From Sedimentisphaeraceae bacterium JB056 (GTDB lineage: Bacteria; Planctomycetota; Phycisphaerae; Sedimentisphaerales; Sedimentisphaeraceae), in assembly GCA_044440125.1 (NCBI GenBank), contig JBITAJ010000029.1:96001-160000 (forward strand): a stretch of 64,000 nucleotides of DNA, in the 5' to 3' direction. Below, one piece after another: positions 19,643 to 28,941 of the stretch (position 1 is the stretch's first letter; every line of letters starts with the position of its first letter). The notes beneath the pieces were generated by a model. It was not told where the DNA came from. It saw only the letters and a list, made by a program, of their open reading frames with translations, and made no database searches. Both the position numbers and the translations under genes were made by a program.

Positions 19643-21460
19643 TCAATCAGTTTTGTAGATTTTCATGCCGCAGTTTTTACAGGTGAATTCTATGCGGTAC
19701 TTATCTTGATGGCTGCCTGTTATGTATAGCGGTGGTGATTGTGTTTCTGAGCCTTTGCAGAGACCAAGTTGACGACGGAGGCAGTATTTAGTTTTCATTA
19801 CGAGTTTGCCGTTCATTTCAATACCCGATTCCGCTGCCGGTTCTATATTTTCTACGCAGTGCTTAAGGTAGAATTCTTTCGCCTTTTCGTTAAGTACGTT
19901 TCCGAGATAAGTTAAATCTGTTTCCGGATATTTTGCATCCGGGTTTGGAGCGGTTATTCTTTGCGTTTTAGGTCTGCTTGCATCTCTGGCTTCAAGTAGG
20001 GCGGCGGCTATATTTCTTCTCAGCTCATTAAGCGTTGCGGCTGGGAAGAAGTACATTGATGAAAGGTCAATCTTTATATCTTGGCATTCAAAGACTGTGT
20101 TGCCGAATTTGCTTAGCTGTTTTCTAATATTGTTTTCGGCAAGCTCCGGATTTTTAGCTGCTTCTTTTGCCGCTTGTATTTCAGCTGCCGCAGTAGTTTG
20201 ATCAGAATCAACAGCGGTAAGTTTTATGCCTTCTTGTGTTTCTGTAAGCAAAAGGCTGATGCCTATCTTGCGATGAGCAGAGGTGTTTTCAAGCTGTTTT
20301 GTAAAAGCATGGTCGGAGTTGCGATAGATGAAGACGCCTGCTTCAATACTATCCATTTTCTGCGGATATATTCTGCCGTCCTGTGATTTGTTTATTACCG
20401 TTCCCTGCAGTAAGCCATCTTCATCGAAGAAGCATATGCCGTCACCATTATTAAGCTTCGCTGAATCGTTTTCAAGTTCAAAGAAATTCAAGCCGGTATT
20501 TGCAACTGTTGCGATAGGTTCGCCAATTGCTTTTGGTGTATCTATCGAGCCGTATTTGCCGGTATTTTTCTCTATGCCGTAATCTGTATAGCCTCGGTTG
20601 AAGGTTTTGTTCGGGTCGGGAATGAAATCGAGATACGTTTTGCCAGATGATGCCGCTTCAAGATTTCTTGCGGCAAGGGCTTCATCAAGTAATGTGCGAT
20701 AGTGGCCTGTTATATTTGCAACGTACGGGATGTTTTTCAGTCTGCCTTCGATTTTGAATGATGTGATACCTAAATCAATAAGCCTGCCGATATAGTCCGA
20801 GAGGTTGAGATCTCTAAGCGAGAGCAGATATTTTTCCTGCTCAATGGTATTCCCATCAGAATCGCTTAGCTCGTAAGTCTTACGGCACGGCTGGGCACAT
20901 TGCCCGCGGTTGCCGCTGCGGCCGCCTGCTGCATAGCTCATATAGCATTGGCCGCTCTGGCATACGCACAATGCTCCATGTATAAAACATTCAAGCTCAA
21001 TTGTCGTTGCTTTACGAATTTCTGCTATCTGCTCAAGCGTAAGCTCACGTGCGAGTATCACACGCGAGAAGCCCATATCTTCAAGAAACTTCACCTTCTC
21101 AGGCGTGGTGTTGTTTGTCTGTGTGCTTGCGATAAGCGGCACCGGCGGCATATCTATCTCAAGCAATCCCATATCCTGAATGATCAGGCCGTCAATGCCT
21201 GCCTGGTATAATGAGAAAGCAAGTTTTTGTGCCGACTCAATTTCATCATCGAATAGCAGGGTGTTCAGAGTGGCATAGACATTTGCGTAATACAGATGTG
21301 CGTGGTCGACAAGCCTTTTGATTTCGTCAAGAGTGTTTGCCGCCGCACTTCTTGCTCCGAATCCGCTTGCACCTATATACACGGCATCAGCGCCGCAGTT
21401 GATTGCGGCAATACCCGTAGCGGCATCTTTAGCCGGAGCCAATAGTTCTATTTTATTCAT
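19643..21460 (-). CDS. rlhA: U32-family protein with DUF3656-like C-terminus (RlhA-like rRNA hydroxylation protein)
   Basis: IELLAPA, GADAVYIG, HGALCVCQSGQCYMS, NRGQCAQPCR Fe-S cysteines, KIEGR; ~600 aa. Confidence 0.8.
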   Translation of the reverse strand: MNKIELLAPAKDAATGIAAINCGADAVYIGASGFGARSAAANTLDEIKRLVDHAHLYYANVYATLNTLLFDDEIESAQKLAFSLYQAGIDGLIIQDMGLLEIDMPPVPLIASTQTNNTTPEKVKFLEDMGFSRVILARELTLEQIAEIRKATTIELECFIHGALCVCQSGQCYMSYAAGGRSGNRGQCAQPCRKTYELSDSDGNTIEQEKYLLSLRDLNLSDYIGRLIDLGITSFKIEGRLKNIPYVANITGHYRTLLDEALAARNLEAASSGKTYLDFIPDPNKTFNRGYTDYGIEKNTGKYGSIDTPKAIGEPIATVANTGLNFFELENDSAKLNNGDGICFFDEDGLLQGTVINKSQDGRIYPQKMDSIEAGVFIYRNSDHAFTKQLENTSAHRKIGISLLLTETQEGIKLTAVDSDQTTAAAEIQAAKEAAKNPELAENNIRKQLSKFGNTVFECQDIKIDLSSMYFFPAATLNELRRNIAAALLEARDASRPKTQRITAPNPDAKYPETDLTYLGNVLNEKAKEFYLKHCVENIEPAAESGIEMNGKLVMKTKYCLRRQLGLCKGSETQSPPLYITGSHQDKYRIEFTCKNCGMKIYKTD

Positions 21461-21477
21461 CTAATTCCGTTCACCAA

Positions 21478-22569
21478 TTACGGCAGGAAGTTTTTAGTTG
21501 CTTTTAGTTTCTGTGGCAGATATTCATTTACCACAAAGTCAAGACCATGTTTTGCAAAAGCCTGCTGCTCAACACGAACGCCCATTTTTAACATTTGATT
21601 AATTGACTTCTGCCATGATTTGTGATATTTGACGAACGGGTCGTTTTTTAACGCATCCTTTGCGCGCTTGATGTCCACTTCCTTAAGCGGGTGTGTTGGC
21701 AGGTCGTAATCGATAACGTCCTGAGGTGTTACACCAAGGAACCGAACCTGCGGCACGCAGAAATATTTATTCAGGTGCGCTGCGTTACCCGAGCCCACCT
21801 TGAGCGTACGATAGATATTGAAGTAACCGTAAGGGTCGCCATCAACAAACGCATATACCGGTATGTTGAGCTCGTCAGAAAGACGCCTGATAAATCTTCG
21901 GCAAGCTCTTGTCGGTACACCTCCCATACTCACAAGGATACAGTTTTCATGATCCCAGTAATCATATTTAACAAGGCGTTGGAACATACCGGCGGTTTCA
22001 ATCGCGAGTATATATTTGGCCTTGCTTTCAAATTGCAGACCTTCTACATCAATTGGGATGGAGTATGCACCTGAACCGAATTTTGTACAGTCAATACGGA
22101 GCTTGTTTCCCTTGCCGTCTTTGTCGATAACAACCAGACGTCCGGCGATGTCGCCGCCTTTTTCTTCCGGTATGAATTTGAGCTGTTCACGGTTTACGCC
22201 GAAAGTAGCTTCAACGTCATCCATGATGGTATCTGATTCGGGCTGTTCAGAAAAGCCTGCTTTGCCCCAGTTCTTGGATATATAGTACGCTTCCCTCTTC
22301 GTGGCCATATCATCTGTATCGATGAGCTCTTTTGAAAGTGCCATCATCTTGAGAGTCTGGGCGAATGTCTTAACAGTCGATACTGTCAGAGTCCTGAGCT
22401 TGCTTTTGCCCAGCATCTCAAAATAGCCCTTTTTCTCGTGATACTTTACGTTTGAAAGGGAACGTATTGGTGTTGACATTGTCGGCTTCTGCGATTTGAG
22501 GATCTTCTTGTGGACATCCTCTGCCGATTGCTTTATAAGTTCTGTTACAGGTGCTTTATTATCTGACAT
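21478..22569 (-). CDS. top6A: DNA topoisomerase VI subunit A (Spo11/Top6A family)
   Basis: TKREAYY catalytic Tyr, AIETAG and VDGDPYG TOPRIM motifs, VEQQA; ATG at 22569 with a GGAG RBS. Confidence 0.9.
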   Translation of the reverse strand: MSDNKAPVTELIKQSAEDVHKKILKSQKPTMSTPIRSLSNVKYHEKKGYFEMLGKSKLRTLTVSTVKTFAQTLKMMALSKELIDTDDMATKREAYYISKNWGKAGFSEQPESDTIMDDVEATFGVNREQLKFIPEEKGGDIAGRLVVIDKDGKGNKLRIDCTKFGSGAYSIPIDVEGLQFESKAKYILAIETAGMFQRLVKYDYWDHENCILVSMGGVPTRACRRFIRRLSDELNIPVYAFVDGDPYGYFNIYRTLKVGSGNAAHLNKYFCVPQVRFLGVTPQDVIDYDLPTHPLKEVDIKRAKDALKNDPFVKYHKSWQKSINQMLKMGVRVEQQAFAKHGLDFVVNEYLPQKLKATKNFLP

Positions 22570-22584
22570 ATTTACTCCGTTAAA

Positions 22585-22617
22585 AATTGACAATTGATAA
22601 TTGACAATTGATAATTA
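22585..22617. repeat. Heptamer tandem array (AATTGAY)n, left arm of an inverted repeat
   Basis: aattgac aattgat aattgac aattgat aatta. Confidence 0.9.
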
Positions 22618-22982
22618 AAGATTCTTGGGTTGTTTACTGCTTTTAATTATTGTTATCAAAATTTTGAGTATTTCTCTTATATCGGAATTTATAGAATCAT
22701 AGATTTCTTATCTAAATATCCTGATTGATAAAGTAATTCTAACCAATAATCTGTTTCATTAGCTTCTTTAAGTGCTATTGACATTTTATTAACAAAATCG
22801 GCTTTACTTTCACTATATTCGGCTTCTCTGACCATTGCTCCGATGCTGCTTCCACTTCGCAGTAATTGCTTACTTAAAATATATTCCGAATGAGTGTCAG
22901 CCAAGAATTTGTAGAGCTTAACTATTCGCAAGGCAAATGCAAAAGTTTTATTTTTTATCACATTTTCCTTAATCTCTACCAT
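22615..22982 (-). pseudogene. Four-helix-bundle protein (23S rRNA IVS protein / TIGR02436-like), frameshifted near the 3' end
   Basis: FAFALRIVKLY..QLLRSGSSIGAMVREA..SKADF..KEANETDYWLELL; frame stops at 22689, but another frame continues YDSINSDIREILKILITIIKSSKQPKNL* to 22615. Confidence 0.82.
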
Positions 22983-23060
22983 TATCAATTATCCATTATA
23001 TTAGTTATCAACCTTACTTTATGGCGTTAGCCGTAATTATCGTGAGCAAAGCGAACACCT

Positions 23061-23093
23061 TAATTGTTAATTGTCCATTATCAATTGTCAATT
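23061..23093. repeat. Heptamer tandem array, right arm (inverted relative to 22585-22617)
   Basis: Reverse complement aattgac aattgat aatggac aattaac aatta matches the left arm at 30/33. Confidence 0.9.
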
Positions 23094-23095
23094 AA

Positions 23096-23506
23096 TTAGT
23101 TCCCTTCTACTGTTACCATGAATTTTCTTGTCCTTGCTCCGTCAAACTCGCAGAAATATATTCCCTGCCATGTGCCAAGTACCAGTGTTGTATCCTTTAC
23201 GAGGACGGTTTCGCTTGCTCCTACCAATGAAGACTTGATATGCGAGTCGGAATTATGCTCACAGTGACGATAACCCCTTCGGTTTTGCGGGAATATCTCA
23301 TCAAGAGTCATTAGTATGTCGTGTTGGACATCGGGGTCGGCGTTTTCGTTTATTGTGATAGCTGCCGTTGTATGGGGGCAGAAGACGTTTACTCTTCCTG
23401 CTTTTATGCCGCATTCACGCACGAATTGCTGCACTTGTGAGGTGATATCAATCATTTCTGAACGATGTTTAGTGCTTAGTCTGAAAACCTGGTCAAATAT
23501 CTTCAT
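23096..23506 (-). CDS. yjbQ: YjbQ/UPF0047 family protein
   Basis: HTTAAITINENADPDV, NSDSHIKSSL, LGTWQGIYFCEFDG. Confidence 0.92.
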   Translation of the reverse strand: MKIFDQVFRLSTKHRSEMIDITSQVQQFVRECGIKAGRVNVFCPHTTAAITINENADPDVQHDILMTLDEIFPQNRRGYRHCEHNSDSHIKSSLVGASETVLVKDTTLVLGTWQGIYFCEFDGARTRKFMVTVEGN

Positions 23507-23737
23507 AGTACTAATTAAAATTTACAAATTATAAAATGGTGAAACCGAATCAAAACAAGTTACACGAGAGCCTCTATTATCCATTGTCGGCTGTAAATTA
23601 TCAATCTAATATTAGCGAAAATTCTGTTTTTTTCAAGCTCATTTATAATACTAATGACATAGTTCACAATCATTCAGATGATACTTTAAAAACTATATAT
23701 TAGGTCTGCGTTCAGTTCCTCTATACTTTAAGTATAG

Positions 23738-23779
23738 AAAAATGATCACACAGGCGTTAAAGCTTGCGTGATCATTTTT
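23738..23779 (-). terminator. Intrinsic terminator downstream of the GH1 gene
   Basis: AAAAATGATCAC...GTGATCATTTTT stem flanked by A/T tracts. Confidence 0.65.
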
Positions 23780-23809
23780 AATTAACAAGGGAATATGTTT
23801 CTTTCATTA

Positions 23810-25189
23810 TCAGCTCAGTGAACTGCCGTTGGTCGCTATGACCTGCCTGTACCAGTGAGCGGAGTCTTTCAATATTCTCTGTTGTGTGTTATAGTCAACA
23901 TATATAAGGCCGAAACGTTTACTGTATCCGGCGGCCCATTCAAAGTTGTCCATTAGCGACCACTGGAAATATCCTTTCACTTCATTGCCTTCACTGATGC
24001 TTTTGCCCAGTTCAAGCAGGTGCCTGTGGAGGAAGTCTATTCTCTGCGGATCGTGGACCTTGCCGTCAAGAGCAGGCCAGTCGGGGTTTGAAAGACCGTT
24101 TTCGGTGATAAAGATAGGCTTTTTATATCTTTCATAGAAGAATTTAGTTCCCCAGTATAGGCATTCGGGTGTTACGGGCCAGTCAAATCCTGTTGTACCT
24201 ACAGCATTTGGGTTATTTGCTATATGGCTGATAGATTCGAACATATCACCGGTCTGCGGGCGATTTTCAGCACTTGAATATATACCGTTATATATATTCA
24301 GTCCGAGAAAGTCAAGGGGTTGTGATATCAGTTCCATGTCGCCGTCCTTGATTTTCGGGGCATCAAAAGCTATTCTCTCAAGATAACCATCAGGATATTT
24401 GCCGAAACATACCGGATCGAACCAAAGGCCGTCGCTCCAGAGCCTGTGGGCATCAAGACCGAACATGTCATCTTTTGCAGCCTGAATGTCTTCGGGGCTG
24501 GTGGTTTGCGGTATTCGGGTAAGTCCTACCGGAGCATATCCGATGGACGGCTTTGTCTTTGCGTATTGGCGTATTGTCTGAACGCTTCTGCCGTGAGAAA
24601 GCAGGACATTGTGTATCATCTGGTACATCTGGGAGGGGCTGTAATGGTCGCCTGGGGCATGACGTCCGTCTTTGTGCCCTATCAGCGTGAATACTTGCGG
24701 CTCATTCAGTGTCATCCAGTTTTGTACTCTGTCTGATAATTTCTCTGTCACTGCTTTTGTGTAGTCGGCAAACCATTCAGGGCTTTGCTCGCAAAGCCAG
24801 CCGCCTTTCTTGTACAGGCTTAGTGGATAGTCCCAGTGGAAGAGTGTTGCGTACGGCTTTATTCCGGCCTCCAGTAGGCGGTCAACAAGCCGGCTGTAGA
24901 AATCAAGCCCCTTTTCATTCACCTTGCCGGGAGTTTCAGACATTACACGAGGCCAGGATATCGAGAAACGATATGCTTTAAGACCGATCTCGGCCATCAG
25001 TTTTACGTCTTCTTCGTATTTATTATAGTGATTGCAGGCGACATCTCCGCTCTGATTCGACCATATAGCACCTTTGCGTCTGCAAAGCATGTCCCAAACG
25101 CTCATTGTCTTGCCGTCTTGCTCCCAGCCGCCTTCAATTTGGTAGGAAGATGTAGCTGCACCCCACATAAAGTTTTCTGGAAATTCCAT
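23810..25189 (-). CDS. Glycoside hydrolase family 1 beta-glucosidase
   Basis: FMWGAATSSYQIEG, YRFSISWPR, TLNEP acid/base, ITENG nucleophile, WSLMDNFEW. Confidence 0.95.
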   Translation of the reverse strand: MEFPENFMWGAATSSYQIEGGWEQDGKTMSVWDMLCRRKGAIWSNQSGDVACNHYNKYEEDVKLMAEIGLKAYRFSISWPRVMSETPGKVNEKGLDFYSRLVDRLLEAGIKPYATLFHWDYPLSLYKKGGWLCEQSPEWFADYTKAVTEKLSDRVQNWMTLNEPQVFTLIGHKDGRHAPGDHYSPSQMYQMIHNVLLSHGRSVQTIRQYAKTKPSIGYAPVGLTRIPQTTSPEDIQAAKDDMFGLDAHRLWSDGLWFDPVCFGKYPDGYLERIAFDAPKIKDGDMELISQPLDFLGLNIYNGIYSSAENRPQTGDMFESISHIANNPNAVGTTGFDWPVTPECLYWGTKFFYERYKKPIFITENGLSNPDWPALDGKVHDPQRIDFLHRHLLELGKSISEGNEVKGYFQWSLMDNFEWAAGYSKRFGLIYVDYNTQQRILKDSAHWYRQVIATNGSSLS

Positions 25190-25456
25190 CTTGTTTTCCT
25201 TGGTTTCGAAAGTTTTGATTGGTAACGAAAAATACTCAATTAATCTTAAAAGAATAATACTTGAATTGAAGATTTGTTGAAAGTGTTTTTTTGTGTTTAT
25301 TTGGGAAGCTGCATGCTTTTTTTTATGGTTTTATGTTTGATTTGCGCTAAATATATTAATTCAGATTGAAATTATATGAATTAAATGGTATATTTGGGTC
25401 TTACTTGCTTTTGTTTGTGTGCGATTTGAGGTAATATCGGGCGTTAAATTATTACT

Positions 25457-25906
25457 ATGAATAGTTATGATCCAATAAATTTATTACTTGTTGAAGATAA
25501 TCCCGGTGATCAGAAATTGTTTAAAACATCTCTGAAGCTGCAGAATATAAGTAATACTCTTAAGGTAACAGAGAGTGGAGAGCATGCTCTTGACCATCTT
25601 GACACTATTGTATCAAGCAGCGGCACATACAAAAAACCAGACATTATCCTTCTTGACCTCAATATGCCTGGAATTGGCGGCAAAGAGTTCCTTAAGAGGG
25701 TTAAATCTGATTCAAGGCTTAGAAGCATACCAGTAATAGTCCTAACCACGTCTGATTGTGAAAAAGATATTCATGATTGTTATGATCTGCAAGCTGCCGG
25801 TTTTATAAAGAAACCTGTTAGTCTTGATGGGTTTCTAAATGTTATAGATATACTCCAGCAGTACTGGTTCAAGGTTTGCAAACTTCATACACGAATAGGG
25901 TATTGA
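25457..25906 (+). CDS. Single-domain response regulator (Rcp1-like)
   Basis: LLVEDNPGD, LLDLNMP, VIVLTTS, FIKKP, YWF tail. Confidence 0.9.
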   Translation: MNSYDPINLLLVEDNPGDQKLFKTSLKLQNISNTLKVTESGEHALDHLDTIVSSSGTYKKPDIILLDLNMPGIGGKEFLKRVKSDSRLRSIPVIVLTTSDCEKDIHDCYDLQAAGFIKKPVSLDGFLNVIDILQQYWFKVCKLHTRIGY

Positions 25907-25923
25907 CAGGAAGTTTATAAAAA

Positions 25924-26020
25924 GGTGTCGGGTTGACCATGCACAGCCGACAAACGCTTATGGCTGCTCGGTTCCCCGCCTGACCAGGTTCACGTCACCA
26001 AACTTGCATGGGACCCGACA
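25924..26020 (-). ncRNA. ffs: Signal recognition particle RNA (4.5S, small bacterial type)
   Basis: Minus strand TGTCGGG...GAACCTGGTCAGGCGGGGAACCGAGCAGCCATAAGC...CCCGACA: conserved CAGG/GGAA/AGCAG domain IV within a ~97-nt hairpin. Confidence 0.9.
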
Positions 26021-26323
26021 TAATTCCCTTTAAAACTTATATGGGATGGGTTATTCTACACAGTAAGTCAATAAGTTCAATATTTATTGTCTTTTTTTTG
26101 TTAAAAATTAAGTTTTTTATTGAAGAATGTGCGATTGAAACCATAATAATGCTTTACGGAAAAGTTTCGTATCGGAGTGTCGATGTTGCCGAAGATACTC
26201 CGGGAGCTTGTAGAGACGTGTCTAATAGTTTGTTTTTGGACATATATACAGATATGCAGCTTTTTGAGCTTTACCTATAAGAAGTTTTCGGCTGATTGAA
26301 AATTTAATATTGGAGCAATAACG

Positions 26324-27061
26324 ATGGGACCTGTTTTAAAAGGGCTTATTGAATTACAAAGCGTAGAGAGCAGACTTCGTGGTATGAAGACTCGCCTTAA
26401 GAGGTTTAAAAAGGCTGTAGTTCTTCAACAAAAGCAGTTGAAAAAGCTTGAAGATGAGAAACAAGCCTGCAAAGATTCTATAATTGAGACCAAAAGCAAT
26501 ATAGACAGTCTTGAGCTCGAGCTAAAAAGCCGCGATGATACTGTTAACAAGTATAAAGAGGCTCTGAACAAAGCTAAGAACAATAAAGAATATGCTGCGA
26601 TTCTTACTGAGCTTAACACTAATAAGGCCGATAACAGCAAAATCGAATCAAGAATTCTCGAATATATGGATACAATAGAGCAGGCCAAAACTGCCTCAGA
26701 GAAGCTTGATGAAGATATGGAGAAGCAAAAGGCCTTGATTGAAGAGATAAAGGCTAAGGCAGCAGACAAAATATCAGAATGTGAAGAGGGTATTGCTGAG
26801 ATAGAGCAGCTTTGGCAACAGGCAGCTTCAGAACTCCCCGCAGATGCACTCAATTTATTCCAGAAACTTTCAGATACTTACGATGGCGAAGCTGTAGCTA
26901 CAGTTCAGCAGAGCGGCGGCCGTATAGTTAGCTATAGTTGTGGTGGATGTTTCATGAGTGTTACGGCTGAGACGATTAATCAGCTTATGGCTAAGGATGA
27001 GGTTTCGCAGTGCAAAAACTGCGGTCGTATCCTTGTTATCAAAGAATCAGAACAGGGCTAA
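26324..27061 (+). CDS. Coiled-coil protein with C-terminal C4 zinc ribbon (DUF164/CT398-like)
   Basis: Long heptad coiled coil, KNNKEYAAI, CGGCFM...CKNCGRIL. Confidence 0.85.
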   Translation: MGPVLKGLIELQSVESRLRGMKTRLKRFKKAVVLQQKQLKKLEDEKQACKDSIIETKSNIDSLELELKSRDDTVNKYKEALNKAKNNKEYAAILTELNTNKADNSKIESRILEYMDTIEQAKTASEKLDEDMEKQKALIEEIKAKAADKISECEEGIAEIEQLWQQAASELPADALNLFQKLSDTYDGEAVATVQQSGGRIVSYSCGGCFMSVTAETINQLMAKDEVSQCKNCGRILVIKESEQG

Positions 27062-27085
27062 TCTGAGCCGGAGAGATTTAAGTCT

Positions 27086-27712
27086 ATGGATAAAAAGCCT
27101 TTACGATTAGCTGTACTTCTCAGTGGCGGCGGCACTACAATGGTCAATATTCAAAAAAATATTGATGAAGGTCGTCTCAATGCCGAGATTTGCATGGTTA
27201 TAAGCTCTCGTGGTGATGTTAAAGGAATTGATCGGGCCAAAAAGATAGGCGTTGAGCCGTTGGTTATTCGCCGTAAGGATTACACCTGTATAGAAGATTT
27301 CAGTGATACTATAGCTGAAAAACTTAGGGAGCAATCAATAGATCTCGTTGTTCAGGCCGGATGGCTTTGCCTTTGGCTGATACCTGATGATTATGTCAAT
27401 CGTGTGATGAATATACACCCTTCGCTGCTGCCAAGCTTTGGCGGCAAAGGAATGTGGGGGCACCATGTTCATGAGGCGGTGCTTGAGGCAGGATGCAAAG
27501 TTAGCGGCTGTACGGTACATTTCTGTACCAATGAATATGACAAGGGGCCGATAATCGTTCAAAGAAGCTGTGCGGCTTATGACAGCGACAGTGCCGATGA
27601 GCTTGCCGCAAGAGTTTTTGAGCAGGAATGCCTTGCCTATCCTGAGGCGATAGAACTTTTTGAGCGGCAACTGTTGAAAGTTGACGGCTCTGTTGTTAGA
27701 ATAGAGCGATAA
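27086..27712 (+). CDS. purN: Phosphoribosylglycinamide formyltransferase
   Basis: LAVLLSGGGT, MNIHPSLLPSFGG, GCTVHF, YDKGPII. Confidence 0.95.
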   Translation: MDKKPLRLAVLLSGGGTTMVNIQKNIDEGRLNAEICMVISSRGDVKGIDRAKKIGVEPLVIRRKDYTCIEDFSDTIAEKLREQSIDLVVQAGWLCLWLIPDDYVNRVMNIHPSLLPSFGGKGMWGHHVHEAVLEAGCKVSGCTVHFCTNEYDKGPIIVQRSCAAYDSDSADELAARVFEQECLAYPEAIELFERQLLKVDGSVVRIER

Positions 27713-27813
27713 ATCAGCATTAAGCTGTTTTTAGGAAAAGTTGAGGTAGAACTTTTTGACAACATAATGTATTTAACAGCTTGTTAAATTCGAGTTATAG
27801 AAAGGGGCTTAAT

Positions 27814-28143
27814 ATGGCCGAGAATGTATTAGAACTGACAGATGCAAATTTTGAAGAAATAGTTAACGAATCAGATGTACCCGTACTTGTTGATTTTTGG
27901 GCGCCATGGTGCGGTCCTTGCAAGATGATTGCTCCTTTGATCGGTCAGATTGCTGATGAATATGAAGATAAAGCTAAAGTGTGCAAGATTGATACTGATG
28001 AGCACCGTGAAGCGGCAGTAGAGTTTGGCATTACAGCTATACCTACTGTTATAATATTCAAAGACGGCAAGGTGTTTAAGAAGTGGGTAGGCCTGGTAAG
28101 TGCTGATGATATAACTGATGCACTTGATGAAGCTATCGGCTGA
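27814..28143 (+). CDS. trxA: Thioredoxin
   Basis: VDFWAPWCGPCK, IPT. Confidence 0.95.
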   Translation: MAENVLELTDANFEEIVNESDVPVLVDFWAPWCGPCKMIAPLIGQIADEYEDKAKVCKIDTDEHREAAVEFGITAIPTVIIFKDGKVFKKWVGLVSADDITDALDEAIG

Positions 28144-28171
28144 TAAAATTAGATAAGAAATTGGGAATAAT

Positions 28172-28672
28172 ATGGCTGACAATAAAAAAGTAGCATTAAA
28201 TACAAGCAAGGGCAAAATTGTTATCGAACTTGATTTTGATAATGCTCCGATAACGGCAAAGAATTTTGCTGATTATGTGGAAGAGGGTTTCTTTAATGGT
28301 ACTATATTCCACAGAGTGATCAACGGGTTTATGATTCAGGGCGGAGGAATGACTCCTGACATGAAAGAGAAGAGCAATAAGGCTCCTATCAAGCTTGAGT
28401 CTGATAACGGCCTCAAAAATGCTCGCGGAACTGTAGCTATGGCCAGAACAATGGTTCCAGACAGTGCTACATCGCAGTTTTTCATTAACCACAAGGATAA
28501 TGACTTTTTGAACTACGCTCCAGGCAACCCGGGTTATGCTGTTTTCGGTAAGGTAGTCGAGGGCATGGACATCGTCGACGAAATCGCGAATGTAGATACC
28601 GGTCGTCACGGACATCATGATGATGTGCCGCTTGAGACTGTTGAGATTGAAAGTGCTGCTTTTGTAGACTGA
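28172..28672 (+). CDS. ppiB: Cyclophilin-type peptidyl-prolyl isomerase
   Basis: [39 protein letters not shown]. Confidence 0.92.
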   Translation: MADNKKVALNTSKGKIVIELDFDNAPITAKNFADYVEEGFFNGTIFHRVINGFMIQGGGMTPDMKEKSNKAPIKLESDNGLKNARGTVAMARTMVPDSATSQFFINHKDNDFLNYAPGNPGYAVFGKVVEGMDIVDEIANVDTGRHGHHDDVPLETVEIESAAFVD

Positions 28673-28720
28673 TATCTCCAAAAATCGAATATTCACGGCG
28701 GTTATAAAACAACCCCGTTT

Positions 28721-28764
28721 AAAAAGCTCTCATGGCGGATAATCACGCCAAGGGAGCTTTTTTT
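28721..28764 (+). terminator. Intrinsic terminator after ppiB
   Basis: AAAAAGCTCTC..TGGCG/CGCCA..GGGAGCTTTTTTT. Confidence 0.75.
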
Positions 28765-28941
28765 ATTTAGCTCGTATTCAATTATAGATGAAAAATTGCG
28801 GTAAGTGTGAGATATTTGGCTCCCGATTAAAATTCACAGTATAGTGGTTGTGTTGATCGATAAATTTGATATGATATTTTAACTGAAATATATGCTGTCT
28901 GATTGAGATGATGATCAATATTGTGTAAAAGGACGAACGAT

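Noticed and set aside
22615..22982. Diversity-generating retroelement suggested by the Avd-like fold
   Set aside because: No reverse transcriptase or TR/VR pair seen in the window
26008..26280. 90-aa ORF
   Set aside because: Overlaps the SRP RNA 5' end and its probable promoter; no RBS or motif
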